Below are positions 1-9,188 of a DNA stretch of 43,733 nucleotides, in pieces (position 1 is the stretch's first letter; each line of letters opens with the position of its first letter). The DNA is from Bacteroidales bacterium. GTDB lineage: Bacteria; Bacteroidota; Bacteroidia; Bacteroidales; UBA4181. Both the position numbers and the translations under genes were made by a program. The notes under the pieces were generated by a model. The model was given only the letters and a program-made list of their open reading frames with translations. It was not told the DNA's origin and made no database searches. The stretch lies in the NCBI GenBank assembly GCA_031549585.1, contig JAVBPN010000147.1, forward strand, positions 1 to 43,733, given 5' to 3'.

Positions 1-690
1 TTCACCGTCCGGCCAAACGATATCCGGGTGATAGCGATTGACCAAATCTTTCATTTGCGGGATCATGTGTTCATCCACATATTGGTCTACATTAGTTTTG
101 TATAAAGGGTTAAACCACTCATAAAGCGAATAGTAAAAGCCCATGTGCAAGCCCGCTTTTTTTACAGCATCGGTCAGTTCTCCAGCCAAGTCACGATGCG
201 GGCCAACATCCATTGCATTCCAATTCCACGAATGAGCGCTTGGCCACAAGGCAAAACCTTCGTGATGCTTGGAAGTCAATACTACATACCGGGCGCCTGC
301 GTCTTTAAATAATTTTGCCCAATCGTCGGGTTTAAACATCTCGCAAGTAAACCATTTCACAAAATCCTGATAAGCAAAATTTTCTCCATAATGCTCGCGA
401 TGGAATTTTGCAAACAGGGGATTAACTTTACTATTCTTATCCATCAGCCTGGCCCAATACCATTCGGCATAACAATCGTAAATGCCGGCTCCGTCAGATG
501 GAAGCGGTCCCCATGCCGGCACGCTGAATAAGCCCCAATGGACGAATATTCCGAATTTTGCGTCGGTAAACCATTGAGGAATAGGACGACTGTCTAAGGA
601 TTCCCATGTGGCATCATATTTTTTTTGTGCGAGTAGATAAGAGGTTTGTAATAGTCCAATAAAAATCAGACCCCATATGATTCTTTTCAT
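1..690 (-). CDS. Alpha-L-fucosidase (GH29), 5' part; runs off the window start
   Basis: Not in the ORF track; translated manually from ATG at 690: MKRIIWGLIF... signal peptide, WFTDAKFGIFVHWG, YVVLTSKHHEGFALW and PDIVWPDGE (WxDG nucleophile motif), all typical of GH29. Confidence 0.93.
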   Translation of the reverse strand, partial: MKRIIWGLIFIGLLQTSYLLAQKKYDATWESLDSRPIPQWFTDAKFGIFVHWGLFSVPAWGPLPSDGAGIYDCYAEWYWARLMDKNSKVNPLFAKFHREHYGENFAYQDFVKWFTCEMFKPDDWAKLFKDAGARYVVLTSKHHEGFALWPSAHSWNWNAMDVGPHRDLAGELTDAVKKAGLHMGFYYSLYEWFNPLYKTNVDQYVDEHMIPQMKDLVNRYHPDIVWPDGE

Positions 691-721
691 AGATGTGTTT
701 TTTAATGGTTTGATTTACTTA

Positions 722-729
722 CAAAGCTA
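722..729 (-). promoter_or_regulatory. Bacteroidota -7 promoter box (TAGCTTTG) for the fucosidase
   Basis: Matches TAnnTTTG about 30 nt upstream of the ATG. Confidence 0.6.
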
Positions 730-889
730 TAAAAAATATGCAATGGATTTTGCCAAATTCGTCACTTTATTGTTCTTTGAAAAAGTTGTTTGAAGAATTG
801 AAATTTTTACCAATAAATTAGATGTTCTTGATAAACTGAGTGATCAATCAAAAAGCATATCTTTACAAAAAAATTAAAAAAATAGGCTG

Positions 890-1300
890 ATGGAAACGAC
901 AAGAGCAAAGTATTTAGGGAACTTACGGACAGAAGTGGAGCATGTAAAATCAGGGACTAAATTGATTACCGATGCGCCTTTGGATAATCATGGGAAAGCT
1001 GAATCATTTTCGCCGACGGATTTATTGGCGGCATCGTATGGTTGCTGTGTCATGACTGTTATCGGCATTGCCGCGCAAACACATGGTTTCGATATTGACG
1101 GTACGGAAGTCAAAACGACCAAAGTGATGGGAACCGATCCCCGCCGTGTAGTAGAACTGATCGTGGAATTTACTTTCCCGCATAACCGGTATAGTGAAAA
1201 AGAACGCAAAATTATTGAGCTATCGACCAAACAATGTCCTGTGGCCAATAGCCTTGACCCTGCAATGAAAATCACAAAGACGGTTATTTATAAGGATTAA
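890..1300 (+). CDS. OsmC/Ohr family protein (YhfA-like)
   Basis: TDAPLDNHGKAESFSPTDLLAASYGCC and C-terminal QCPVANSL give the two conserved OsmC cysteine motifs. Confidence 0.88.
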   Translation: METTRAKYLGNLRTEVEHVKSGTKLITDAPLDNHGKAESFSPTDLLAASYGCCVMTVIGIAAQTHGFDIDGTEVKTTKVMGTDPRRVVELIVEFTFPHNRYSEKERKIIELSTKQCPVANSLDPAMKITKTVIYKD

Positions 1301-1313
1301 AAATAGGACACAC

Positions 1314-1445
1314 AGACACTTTCAAAAGGTTAATTTTATCTCGTCATTGCGAGCGATAGCGAAGCAATCTGGTTTTTTATCTTTGAGATTGCTTCACCCA
1401 TGCGGGTTCGCAATGACGTTCATTTTCGACTTTTGCACAACCTCT
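1314..1445. mobile_element. MITE-like element, cargo type 1 (RPE-like cruciform GTCATTGCGA...TCGCAATGAC), copy 1
   Basis: Core 1342-1418 has paired arms GTCATTGCGA/TCGCAATGAC and GAAGCAATCT/AGATTGCTTC. The right end ACTTTTGCACAACCTCT is TIR-like and the left end is degenerate. Flanks are shared with the copy at 6972-7100. Confidence 0.75.
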
Positions 1446-1447
1446 AG

Positions 1448-2104
1448 TTATTCAAAGTATAATGAGCCGAAAAATTCCGGCCTGTGGAAATCCGGTTTTT
1501 CTGTTTGGATAGGATTCCAACTTAAGTAGTGCGGTTCGGCCAAATCATCACCACATTTGTAGAAATTAGCTTTTAGCGTTTGTTTTTTGGGTGCAATAAA
1601 TCCCGGATGTTTAAAAAAGCAAACGTATGGAATTGCAATAAATAGTGTCCATGGAGTATTTGTTGCCGTTTCGTCAAAAGGCGGCTTTTTATTCAAATCA
1701 GAATATCTGATGATTTGACCGACCAAAGATAAAGGCGCTTTTTCCCTTCCATTGCGGGAGTTCCCGGCGGCTAGCAAACATACACCGGCGCAATTGAACT
1801 CAAAGTTATAATATATGCCGTCGTTTTGTGGAGCAATAAAAAACTCAACACAGGAGTCTTTCCACACATCTTCATTATCTAAGACCGCTTTGGCGCGGAT
1901 AGATTTTTCTTCGACTTGATATTGAAGGATCAACCCAAAATCACAATAAGCGATTTTAAACCGAACGGTCGGTTTGTATGAATATTTTGACCAATTGACC
2001 GATTGGATCTCATTCCATGCGATCTCATTCAATTCTTGAAAAAAGACCTGATTCCATAAAGTATTGGAATCCCAATGAAGATATTTTACATTCAATTCTT
2101 TCAT
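1448..2104 (-). CDS. Carbohydrate-binding family 9-like (CBM9-like/DOMON) protein
   Basis: VWKDSCVEFF, YYNFEFNCAG, ANFYKCGD and PDFHRPEFFG motifs of the Bacteroidota CBM9-like family. Confidence 0.85.
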   Translation of the reverse strand: MKELNVKYLHWDSNTLWNQVFFQELNEIAWNEIQSVNWSKYSYKPTVRFKIAYCDFGLILQYQVEEKSIRAKAVLDNEDVWKDSCVEFFIAPQNDGIYYNFEFNCAGVCLLAAGNSRNGREKAPLSLVGQIIRYSDLNKKPPFDETATNTPWTLFIAIPYVCFFKHPGFIAPKKQTLKANFYKCGDDLAEPHYLSWNPIQTEKPDFHRPEFFGSLYFE

Positions 2105-2140
2105 CCTATTGAATGGCTTTTATTTTGGGTGATATGAGGA

Positions 2141-2201
2141 GGCTGAATTACAAATTCAACCAAACGAGAGACCTAACAGGTCTCGAAGACCTGTTAGGTC
2201 T
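2141..2201. repeat. Fused REP-like palindromes between susD and the CBM9 gene
   Basis: GGCTGAATTACAAATTCAACCAAACG (2141-2166, same family as 9022, 10790 and 16663) is followed by a perfect 15-bp stem AGACCTAACAGGTCT-cga-AGACCTGTTAGGTCT (2169-2201). Confidence 0.8.
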
Positions 2202-2210
2202 TTAACTCAA

Positions 2211-3698
2211 TTATTTATCCCACCACACACGGGTTGCTTGCGCGTCCGGCCCTTGCTTGCTAATGGCTGCATTGTACTGATTCTCATTTGCAATGTAATC
2301 GTCGGTATGATACATCACTCTACGTGGCATAGAGATACTAATCACTGAATAAAGCGTGGGCGATACCGGAACACCCAAGCGACGCCTATCCGAAAAGGCT
2401 TCAAATCCATCTTGCATATATGAAGCAATCCATTTTTGCATGGCTATTTTTCGGATTTTTGCAGTCGAACTGCCTGTATATGTTACGAGCGGCTGGTTGT
2501 AATAATCGTCCACAGAAGCGGTGATACCGTGTTGGGCAAATGCCGCAGTGATGGCTTCTTTGTATAAATCTTCGGGATTTGCCGTAATCCAACCTCGTTC
2601 AGCTGCTTCAGCCGCTGCCAAAAGCATTACCGATGGCGTTACCAATACAGCAGGTGCATCGGCTTTATAGTAATTTGTATTGAAATACGAATAAGAAATG
2701 GTAGGCGACATCGGCATCAAATAACCCAATCCTCTGAATTGTCCTTCATTATTGGTGGCAACATATGCCTGCAATCGCGGATCATTATATAATTTAAGCG
2801 TATCGATGAGAACGGCCGATGGATAAAAACGTTTGTCGTTGATCGCAAGCGACAGCGGGTGCTGGCTTTCCACTTCGTTTAAATGTTGGTATTTAAAAAT
2901 ATCAGCATTGTTGCGGATAAAACCATCGGCATAGGCTTTTGCAAAACGGTTTTTACCATTCTCTGTATCATTTTTCCACAATTTGATAGCCAACATCATA
3001 CGTACAGAGGCATTGAATTTTTTCCATTTTGCGATATCCCCTCCATATACAATATCAATTCCGGCATCCAATGGGTATTGTTCCTCGAATTGGGCATATG
3101 CCTCGTTTAATTCTTTATCTAAATCGGTATAAATCGATTGTTGGTCATCATAAGCCGGTTCAAAAATACCCTCACGCCCTCTCATAGCCTGCGAATAGGG
3201 AAGCATTCCCAGCGCATCTGTCAGATGCATGTATATGTATGCTTTCAATGTCCGGGCTACGGCAATTTGATTATTGTTGCTTTGGCAAAACTGTTTTACA
3301 TACGATTCATTTTGAAATTTTGCCGAAGTATTCAACCGGATGATGGTATCTAAATTATTGATGGGATCAATGTAAAAAGGGCCTGCTGCATAGGAAGTCA
3401 TTCCGAGCTTAATCTGAAGCGTTTGAATTATTTCGATAAAACCCATATTTGTAGGTATATCCGTCCAGGTGATATACATGGGATAGAGTTGATTCCAAGG
3501 GTCTAATGTTTCTACATCTCCGATAATCTGGGTTAAATGGAAGTAGGGTAAGGATGTAGTTACAGCACCTAAGAACAAGTAACTTGTGTTGGGATCTTTG
3601 GGCGCATTGGGATCATCATTGATGTCGTCGAAATCGGAACATGCGTTTGCAAACAGCAAGATGATTAATCCGATCAATATGGTGATTTTTGATTTCAT
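2211..3698 (-). CDS. SusD/RagB family outer-membrane lipoprotein (SusD-like_2 type)
   Basis: Lipobox FANAC-SDFDDINDDPN, LTDALGMLPYSQA, KWKKFNAS, QKWIA and a C-terminal RVWWD; lies directly downstream of a SusC gene. Confidence 0.92.
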   Translation of the reverse strand: MKSKITILIGLIILLFANACSDFDDINDDPNAPKDPNTSYLFLGAVTTSLPYFHLTQIIGDVETLDPWNQLYPMYITWTDIPTNMGFIEIIQTLQIKLGMTSYAAGPFYIDPINNLDTIIRLNTSAKFQNESYVKQFCQSNNNQIAVARTLKAYIYMHLTDALGMLPYSQAMRGREGIFEPAYDDQQSIYTDLDKELNEAYAQFEEQYPLDAGIDIVYGGDIAKWKKFNASVRMMLAIKLWKNDTENGKNRFAKAYADGFIRNNADIFKYQHLNEVESQHPLSLAINDKRFYPSAVLIDTLKLYNDPRLQAYVATNNEGQFRGLGYLMPMSPTISYSYFNTNYYKADAPAVLVTPSVMLLAAAEAAERGWITANPEDLYKEAITAAFAQHGITASVDDYYNQPLVTYTGSSTAKIRKIAMQKWIASYMQDGFEAFSDRRRLGVPVSPTLYSVISISMPRRVMYHTDDYIANENQYNAAISKQGPDAQATRVWWDK

Positions 3699-3710
3699 GG
3701 CCGATTGTTT

Positions 3711-6700
3711 TTAAAATGTTACGTTAATTGAAATCCCCAGCGTGCGGGTACTGAATGATTGCCCTTGCTCGATAAATCCGTTGAACGCATTCCCTATTTC
3801 GGAAGCATCCACATTGGGAATTCCTGAATAAAGCAGCCAAGGATTCTGGGCAATCAGAGAAACACGGGCTTGCGATAAGCCAATGTTCCAACGTTCCAGC
3901 AATTGGGATGGGAATGTATAAGAAAGCGATATTTCACGCATTTTCAGATAGCTGGCATCATACACGTAAGGTTCCCAAATATTGGCTTTTGATTGGTAAT
4001 AATTGCGAGCATCGGCATAGTCACTATAGACAGTACCTGTTTCGGTGACCCCGGTTACTTTTACTCCTCCGCCATTATTTGGCGAAGTTCTGACGTCCAC
4101 TCCTTTGTCATTTTTTCCAATGGTCGATTTCAACATTCCCGAAAATTCACCATTCATATTGGTTAAGGATACAATGTTCCCTCCGATTTGGTAGTCAAAT
4201 CCTACTGCAAGTTTGAGTCCTTTCCAGGTAAACGAAGTTCCAAAACCACCGGTGGCATCGGGCTGTACATTACCCAATTCTTTCATTTTGTTTCCATCCA
4301 ATTTCGGTAATCCGGTTATATTATCAATAATAAGGTTTCCATTGGCATCCGTTGCGATAGCGCTTCCCTTGATCACGCCAACAGGCTTGTCCGGTTCATT
4401 AAATAAGTAAACACTGGGAATATCCGAAAATGAAAACCATGCTACACGATACGGGGCGTCTGGATTTTCCGGATTAAGTTTTATGATCATGTTTTCATTG
4501 TATGACCAATTGGCATAAATAGCCCATTCCATATCTTTTGTTCTTATTGGCGAACCACCCAATGAAATTTCGTAGCCCTGATTACGGATTAAACCGGCAT
4601 TGATTTTACGGGTATCGTACCCCGATGCTGGAGTAACATTGATATCAAGTATTTGGCTCTTGGAGTCTTTTGTGTAAAAATTGAAATCTCCCCACAATCG
4701 GTTGTTGAATAAACGAAATTCTGTTCCTACTTCCCATGAGTTGGAAATGGTCGGCTTAATACCCCTCGAAATCATATTGTTGGACTGAAAAAAAGTTTCA
4801 ACTCCACCATGACGATTCCCTCTTTTCAGGTATTCTCTTGTTTGATAAGGCCCCATGGTACTGCCCACTTGTGCCAAAGAAGCTCTTAGTTTCCAAAAAC
4901 TCAACCATTTGACGTTTCGTAGGTAATTGCTGACAATAGCCGACAGCGAAACGCCTCCATAAAAATAACCATTATTATCTTCAGGAAGTGTAGATGACCA
5001 ATCTTGTCGTGCTGAAAAATCAAGATAATAAGTATTATCCCAACCGATTGTTCCCGTACCGAATATGCTGCGATCTTGTACATGCCAGTTGATAGGTTCG
5101 CTATAGGGGGAGGATACTGAAGCAGCTAAGGTAAAATCATAATTTTCTGTAAGCCCATTACGCGTATGTTCATCCCAACCGTCATATTGGTTGTCATGTA
5201 ATTCTGTGTAGAGCCGTAATCCTATGTCTAACCGGTCATTCAAAAACCGGTCATTATAAGAGATAAATCCCTGTATTTGGTAATCAAATCCATCCCTTGT
5301 TTGGATGCTGTAGCTTCCCAAATTATTCTGATCTAATATATTGTTGGGAACTTTTTGCTCATACTTCATGTTGTTCAAATCGCCGTTAAAATTTCCTCCA
5401 ATGGCCAATTTTCCTTTAATGATGTCGAGTGTAAGATTTGCCGAAAATACATGCCAATTATCGGTTTGCTCACGGGCTATTTCGTTGAATAATGCAAAAG
5501 GATTATCTTGATAGCGGGGGGTTAAATCGGTCAGGCTGGTTGGATTCCAAGTACGGAATGTTTGATCGCTACGCTGATAGTCCCGTAAGTCGTCAATATT
5601 GACATTCCGGTGAAAATACTGTGTATATGTCCCTGTAACACTACCTAATGACGGATAGTCTTCCACTACAGGATTCAGCGTCCGTCTATATGTATAATTA
5701 TAATCTGCGTTTATTCTTAACCTTTTAGCAATGGTGTATCCGGCATTTAATGAAAGATAACGCCGTGTGGCATCACTGTTTTCTACAACACCTTGCCGTG
5801 CCACATTAGAAAATGATGCCCGTATGTTGAAATCTTCGGCAGCTTTAGCTAATGCAATGTTGGTTGTACTGATCCAACCTGTACGGTATAATTCCTTGAG
5901 GTTATTTTCCGGTTGTGGCGACCATGTAGCAGTCTGTCCAAACTTCGGATGTGAGGGATCCCAAGCATAAAATGGGACATATACTCTGCCGTCGAGGCGT
6001 GGCCCCCAACTTTCATCTTCCCACATATCATAATATCTGGCTCCATTCAATGGCTGCAGATATGCCGGATGAATAGATGGGTTGTAGTTAAAAGCCAATA
6101 GATCAGCATCGCCGCCCAGGCTGCCGCCGCCATATTCGTTTTGAAAATCGGAATGTACGACTGCCCGCTCTATGGCAAAAGTCTGCCCAAAATCAATTGT
6201 TGCTCTGCCTTGCCTTGCTTTTTTGGTAGTAATGATGATCGCACCCTCACCGCCGCGCGATCCGTAAAGAGCCGTTGCCGCAGGGCCTTTCAATACATTG
6301 ACGGATTCGATGTCGTCCAGATTGATCGAGTTTACATCAGTAATGACGCCATTGACTACGTAAATCGGCGATGAACCTTCGGCAGACAAATTGTTTGTTC
6401 CGCGAAGCACCACTTTCCCAGCATCATAGGTAGCGCCGGAAGCACCCCAAAAACGGACACCGGCTACTTTTCCCACCAACGCATTGTTTAAATCGGTTTG
6501 CCGGGCTGCATCCAAAGCATCTGCTTTCACTTCTTGGCTGGCATAACCCAACGACTTTTTGACACGTGGAATGCTCATAGCCGTTATAACGACTTCTTCA
6601 ATTTCCTGCGCATCGGCTGCTAAAACGACATCAATCCGGGTTCTTCCGTTGACAGGAATTTCGGTCGTTTGCATTCCGATAAATGAAAAGGATAATGTGG

Positions 6701-6902
6701 CTGTGGGCGAAGTAATAATGGAATAATGCCCGTTCAAATCCGTTACCGTTCCGGTTAGGGTTCCTTTGATGATTACATTAACTCCCGGAAGGCTTTCGCC
6801 TGTAGCGGCTTCTGTAACTGTACCCTCAATAGTAATTGTTTGCGCCATCAAATTGCTGCATATAAAGCAGAGAAGAATGGCATGAAGAAAGATCTTTCTC
6901 AT
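3711..6902 (-). CDS. SusC/RagA family TonB-dependent transporter
   Basis: N-terminal CarboxypepD_reg-like domain, plug signature DIESVNVLKGPAATALYGSRG, YDASYLKMREISLSY and a terminal Phe. Confidence 0.96.
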   Translation of the reverse strand: MRKIFLHAILLCFICSNLMAQTITIEGTVTEAATGESLPGVNVIIKGTLTGTVTDLNGHYSIITSPTATLSFSFIGMQTTEIPVNGRTRIDVVLAADAQEIEEVVITAMSIPRVKKSLGYASQEVKADALDAARQTDLNNALVGKVAGVRFWGASGATYDAGKVVLRGTNNLSAEGSSPIYVVNGVITDVNSINLDDIESVNVLKGPAATALYGSRGGEGAIIITTKKARQGRATIDFGQTFAIERAVVHSDFQNEYGGGSLGGDADLLAFNYNPSIHPAYLQPLNGARYYDMWEDESWGPRLDGRVYVPFYAWDPSHPKFGQTATWSPQPENNLKELYRTGWISTTNIALAKAAEDFNIRASFSNVARQGVVENSDATRRYLSLNAGYTIAKRLRINADYNYTYRRTLNPVVEDYPSLGSVTGTYTQYFHRNVNIDDLRDYQRSDQTFRTWNPTSLTDLTPRYQDNPFALFNEIAREQTDNWHVFSANLTLDIIKGKLAIGGNFNGDLNNMKYEQKVPNNILDQNNLGSYSIQTRDGFDYQIQGFISYNDRFLNDRLDIGLRLYTELHDNQYDGWDEHTRNGLTENYDFTLAASVSSPYSEPINWHVQDRSIFGTGTIGWDNTYYLDFSARQDWSSTLPEDNNGYFYGGVSLSAIVSNYLRNVKWLSFWKLRASLAQVGSTMGPYQTREYLKRGNRHGGVETFFQSNNMISRGIKPTISNSWEVGTEFRLFNNRLWGDFNFYTKDSKSQILDINVTPASGYDTRKINAGLIRNQGYEISLGGSPIRTKDMEWAIYANWSYNENMIIKLNPENPDAPYRVAWFSFSDIPSVYLFNEPDKPVGVIKGSAIATDANGNLIIDNITGLPKLDGNKMKELGNVQPDATGGFGTSFTWKGLKLAVGFDYQIGGNIVSLTNMNGEFSGMLKSTIGKNDKGVDVRTSPNNGGGVKVTGVTETGTVYSDYADARNYYQSKANIWEPYVYDASYLKMREISLSYTFPSQLLERWNIGLSQARVSLIAQNPWLLYSGIPNVDASEIGNAFNGFIEQGQSFSTRTLGISINVTF

Positions 6903-6935
6903 ATCAACGTTATTTCATTCATGAAACTAGCATCA

Positions 6936-6967
6936 CAAAGATAATCAAAATCAAATCGATTTTGATT
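6936..6967 (-). promoter_or_regulatory. susC promoter -7 box (TATCTTTG, 6936-6943) with abutting operator-like inverted repeat
   Basis: AATCAAAATC-N5-GATTTTGATT (6943-6967) is a perfect 10-bp IR and contains AAATCGATTT (6953-6962). Confidence 0.6.
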
Positions 6968-6971
6968 GAAG

Positions 6972-7100
6972 AAGGTTGTTCAAAAAAGTTAGTTTTATCT
7001 CGTCATTGCGAGCGTAAGCGAAGCAATCCCTTTAATTATTGAGATTGTTTCGCCGTTCCTCCTCGCAATGACGTTCATTTTCGACTTTTTGCACAGCCTT
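6972..7100. mobile_element. MITE-like element, cargo type 1 (RPE-like cruciform), copy 2
   Basis: TIRs AAGGTTGTTCAAAAAAGT / ACTTTTTGCACAGCCTT; core CGTCATTGCGA...TCGCAATGACG at 7001-7073; same orientation as 1314-1445. Confidence 0.8.
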
Positions 7101-7140
7101 TATTATGTAAGATACCCTATTCGGGCAGTAAATATTTTAG

Positions 7141-7800
7141 TTAATCAGGTAATGTAGCAATCACAGTTTGGTTGCCTACCGATTTATCTCCTAAAGATAC
7201 ATTGATTTTTGTATCCAGCGGAAGAAAGACATCTACCCTTGAACCAAATCTAATGAATCCGTAGTCTTTACCTTGTTCTGCCATATCTCAGACCTTTGAA
7301 TATAATACAATGCGTCGTGCCACCGTACCTGCTATTTGCCGGAAAAGTATTTCCTGCCCGTTTTCTGTTTTTACCACCACCGTAGACCGCTCATTTAGCG
7401 TGGATGATTTAGGGTGGCTTGCTATCAAATATTTGCCCGGATGGTATTTGACATATGTAACTTCCCCACCCACAGGATAACGGTTAACATGCACATTGAG
7501 GGGTGACATGAATATGGAAACTTGTATCCTTTTGTCTTTGAAATATTCCGGTTCTTCTACTTCTTCAATGGCCACGATTTTACCATCTGCCGGAGCAAAA
7601 ACTTTGTTTTTTTCAGGTGTTAGCGGACGATCCGGATTGCGAAAAAACCATACAACCAGAAAGAAAAAAACTAAGGAAGCAAATGCTAAAAATCCTGTAA
7701 CCCAGTAATTACGAAATAAAAAATATACCAAACCATTAATTGTTGCCAATATTAGAAAAGCAACAAGAATAATGATATACCCTTCGGGATGAATTTTCAT
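7141..7800 (-). pseudogene. psd: Phosphatidylserine decarboxylase proenzyme with one in-frame TGA at 7288-7290 (nonsense allele, sequencing error or readthrough)
   Basis: MKIHPEGY..., WFFRNPDR, APADGKIV, SIFMSPLNVHVNR, RQIAG. After the TGA the same frame continues [23 protein letters not shown]...IATLPD to TAA at 7141-7143, containing the FG-S autocleavage/pyruvoyl motif. Confidence 0.9.
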
Positions 7801-7898
7801 GAAACAAGATGTTGACGATATGTTAAAAAAATCTGGATACTCAAAATGCCATTTTAAATATAGACATAAGGTTATATTTTTAGTACCCAAAGAATGTG

Positions 7899-7906
7899 CA
7901 AAGATA
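7899..7906 (-). promoter_or_regulatory. -7 promoter box (TATCTTTG) upstream of psd
   Basis: Matches TAnnTTTG. Confidence 0.55.
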
Positions 7907-8037
7907 AAAATAGATTTTAGATTCCCCGATGGCTATTTGATGGTTTTATATGTATGCAGCGTGAACAATCAATAATAGAACAAACGCCAAGCAAATTCCC
8001 AATGTCGGCCAAACCCACCGTATTTTATTTTCAAACT

Positions 8038-8871
8038 CTAATCGCCCGGTTTTGGTTTGCTTTTTTTCGAGAATAAACCACCTTTACGTGGCGAAGTAGC
8101 TTTTACATTATTCATTTCGGCTCCCGGTCTTTGTTTTCTCACATATCCGGACATGTCGCCACCGCCACCGTGCTGAATACTGGAAGGATTTGCGCGTTTA
8201 GAGCGATTGCCAGACATGTCACCACCTCCGCCATGCTGCATGTCGGAAGGACTTGCCTGTTTAGAACGGTCGCCCGACATATCTCCGCCACCGCCATGTT
8301 GATAATCGCCCGGTTTTGGCTTTGCTGCTTTACGTTGTTTCCCTTCAAACGATGTAGCCCGTCTGGCTTCGTTGTTTGCTTCTGCTTTTTTCCGTGTAGC
8401 AGCCATTCGTTTTTCCACCATTTTGGCATCTTTTTTGGCTTTCTTTTCCTCATCACTCTTAGGTCTCAGCCATCTAACCAAAAAGAACTCTTTTTCATAG
8501 CCATAGTTTCTTTTTGTCTGCTTTAAATGCTCATCCATCCGATCACGGACTTCGTCGGTTTGTAAGCTTCTATGGCGAGTAATCCCTTCTTGGCGTGCTT
8601 TTTCGGCATCTTTGGCAAGTTGTTCGGCCTTTTTTTCCTGTTCTTTTTCTGCTTTTTTCTCTTCTTTAGTCCGATAATCGTTTTTACGCTCTTGCCGTTC
8701 TATTTGCTTCATGCTTGCCGATTTTTTTGATCCGCTACATGACGGTGATGTGACCAGAATCGTGATCATAAGCAATAAGTAAAACGCTCCGCGACAAACC
8801 CGGAGAACCTTTTTTGTGTTTTTTTGAGCAAATATTGCGTTAAGACAATTGTGATGATGTTGCTTACTCAC
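8038..8871 (-). CDS. Hypothetical Lys/Glu-rich putative lipoprotein with C-terminal 21-aa repeats
   Basis: Hydrophobic stretch ending VTSPSC-SGSKK (possible lipobox), charged coiled-coil-like middle, three QHGGGGDMSG repeats; TAACTTTG box at 8922-8929. Start codon uncertain. Confidence 0.75.
   Translation of the reverse strand: MSKQHHHNCLNAIFAQKNTKKVLRVCRGAFYLLLMITILVTSPSCSGSKKSASMKQIERQERKNDYRTKEEKKAEKEQEKKAEQLAKDAEKARQEGITRHRSLQTDEVRDRMDEHLKQTKRNYGYEKEFFLVRWLRPKSDEEKKAKKDAKMVEKRMAATRKKAEANNEARRATSFEGKQRKAAKPKPGDYQHGGGGDMSGDRSKQASPSDMQHGGGGDMSGNRSKRANPSSIQHGGGGDMSGYVRKQRPGAEMNNVKATSPRKGGLFSKKSKPKPGD
8146..8301 (-). repeat. Intragenic 63-bp-period tandem repeat (three QHGGGGDMSG cores)
   Basis: Cores at 8272-8301, 8209-8238 and 8146-8175; they differ only at synonymous positions within the 10-aa core. 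Confidence 0.9.
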
Positions 8872-8994
8872 GTTATATTTTTCTGTCGATAGCCTATATA
8901 GAGTTTACGTATTTCAATAAGCAAAGTTACATATTCTTATTTTGTCCGCCAATTTTGCAATACCACTGCTGACAGAGGCAAACTATACTAAACC

Positions 8995-9152
8995 AGGATT
9001 GTCTAAAAAGCCAAAAACTATGGCTGAATTGCAAATTGCCTGCGGCGAACTCGCAAGCTCGGTTCAGCCAAACATAAGGATTTGTAATATAGTCGAATGG
9101 CGTTGAGCGGAATTTGTAATTCCGCTCGAAAACAGCTTTTTAGACAGCTCCT
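8995..9152. mobile_element. MITE-like element, cargo type 2 (inverted REP doublet), with a 25-nt micro-insertion at 9038-9062
   Basis: TIR core TGTCTAAAAAGC / GCTTTTTAGACA; REPs GGCTGAATTGCAAATT[insert]TTCAGCCAAAC and GTTGAGCGGAATTTGTAATTCCGCTC. Confidence 0.82.
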
Positions 9153-9188
9153 TTGTGCCGATCTGATAAGTGTCGATCAAAAAAGCCT

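Noticed and set aside
1347-1529. Short ORFs starting inside repeat elements (1347-1529, 10552-10737, 16670-16858, 16708-16896, 16728-17036)
   Set aside because: They are translations of MITE/REP sequence and/or antisense overlaps of real genes, with no protein motifs.
3400-3480. Atypical-looking segment in SusD (TWTDIPTNMGFIEIIQTLQIK), possible insertion or inversion
   Set aside because: The frame is intact, no flanking repeats were found, and this SusD region is naturally variable; it cannot be judged without an alignment.
7288-7290. Genome-wide UGA reassignment (Gly/Trp) or selenocysteine in psd
   Set aside because: TGA ends several normal-length genes here (16629, 21074, 25011, 29065, 29180). 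The position is not a Cys-type site and I see no SECIS-like hairpin right after the codon.
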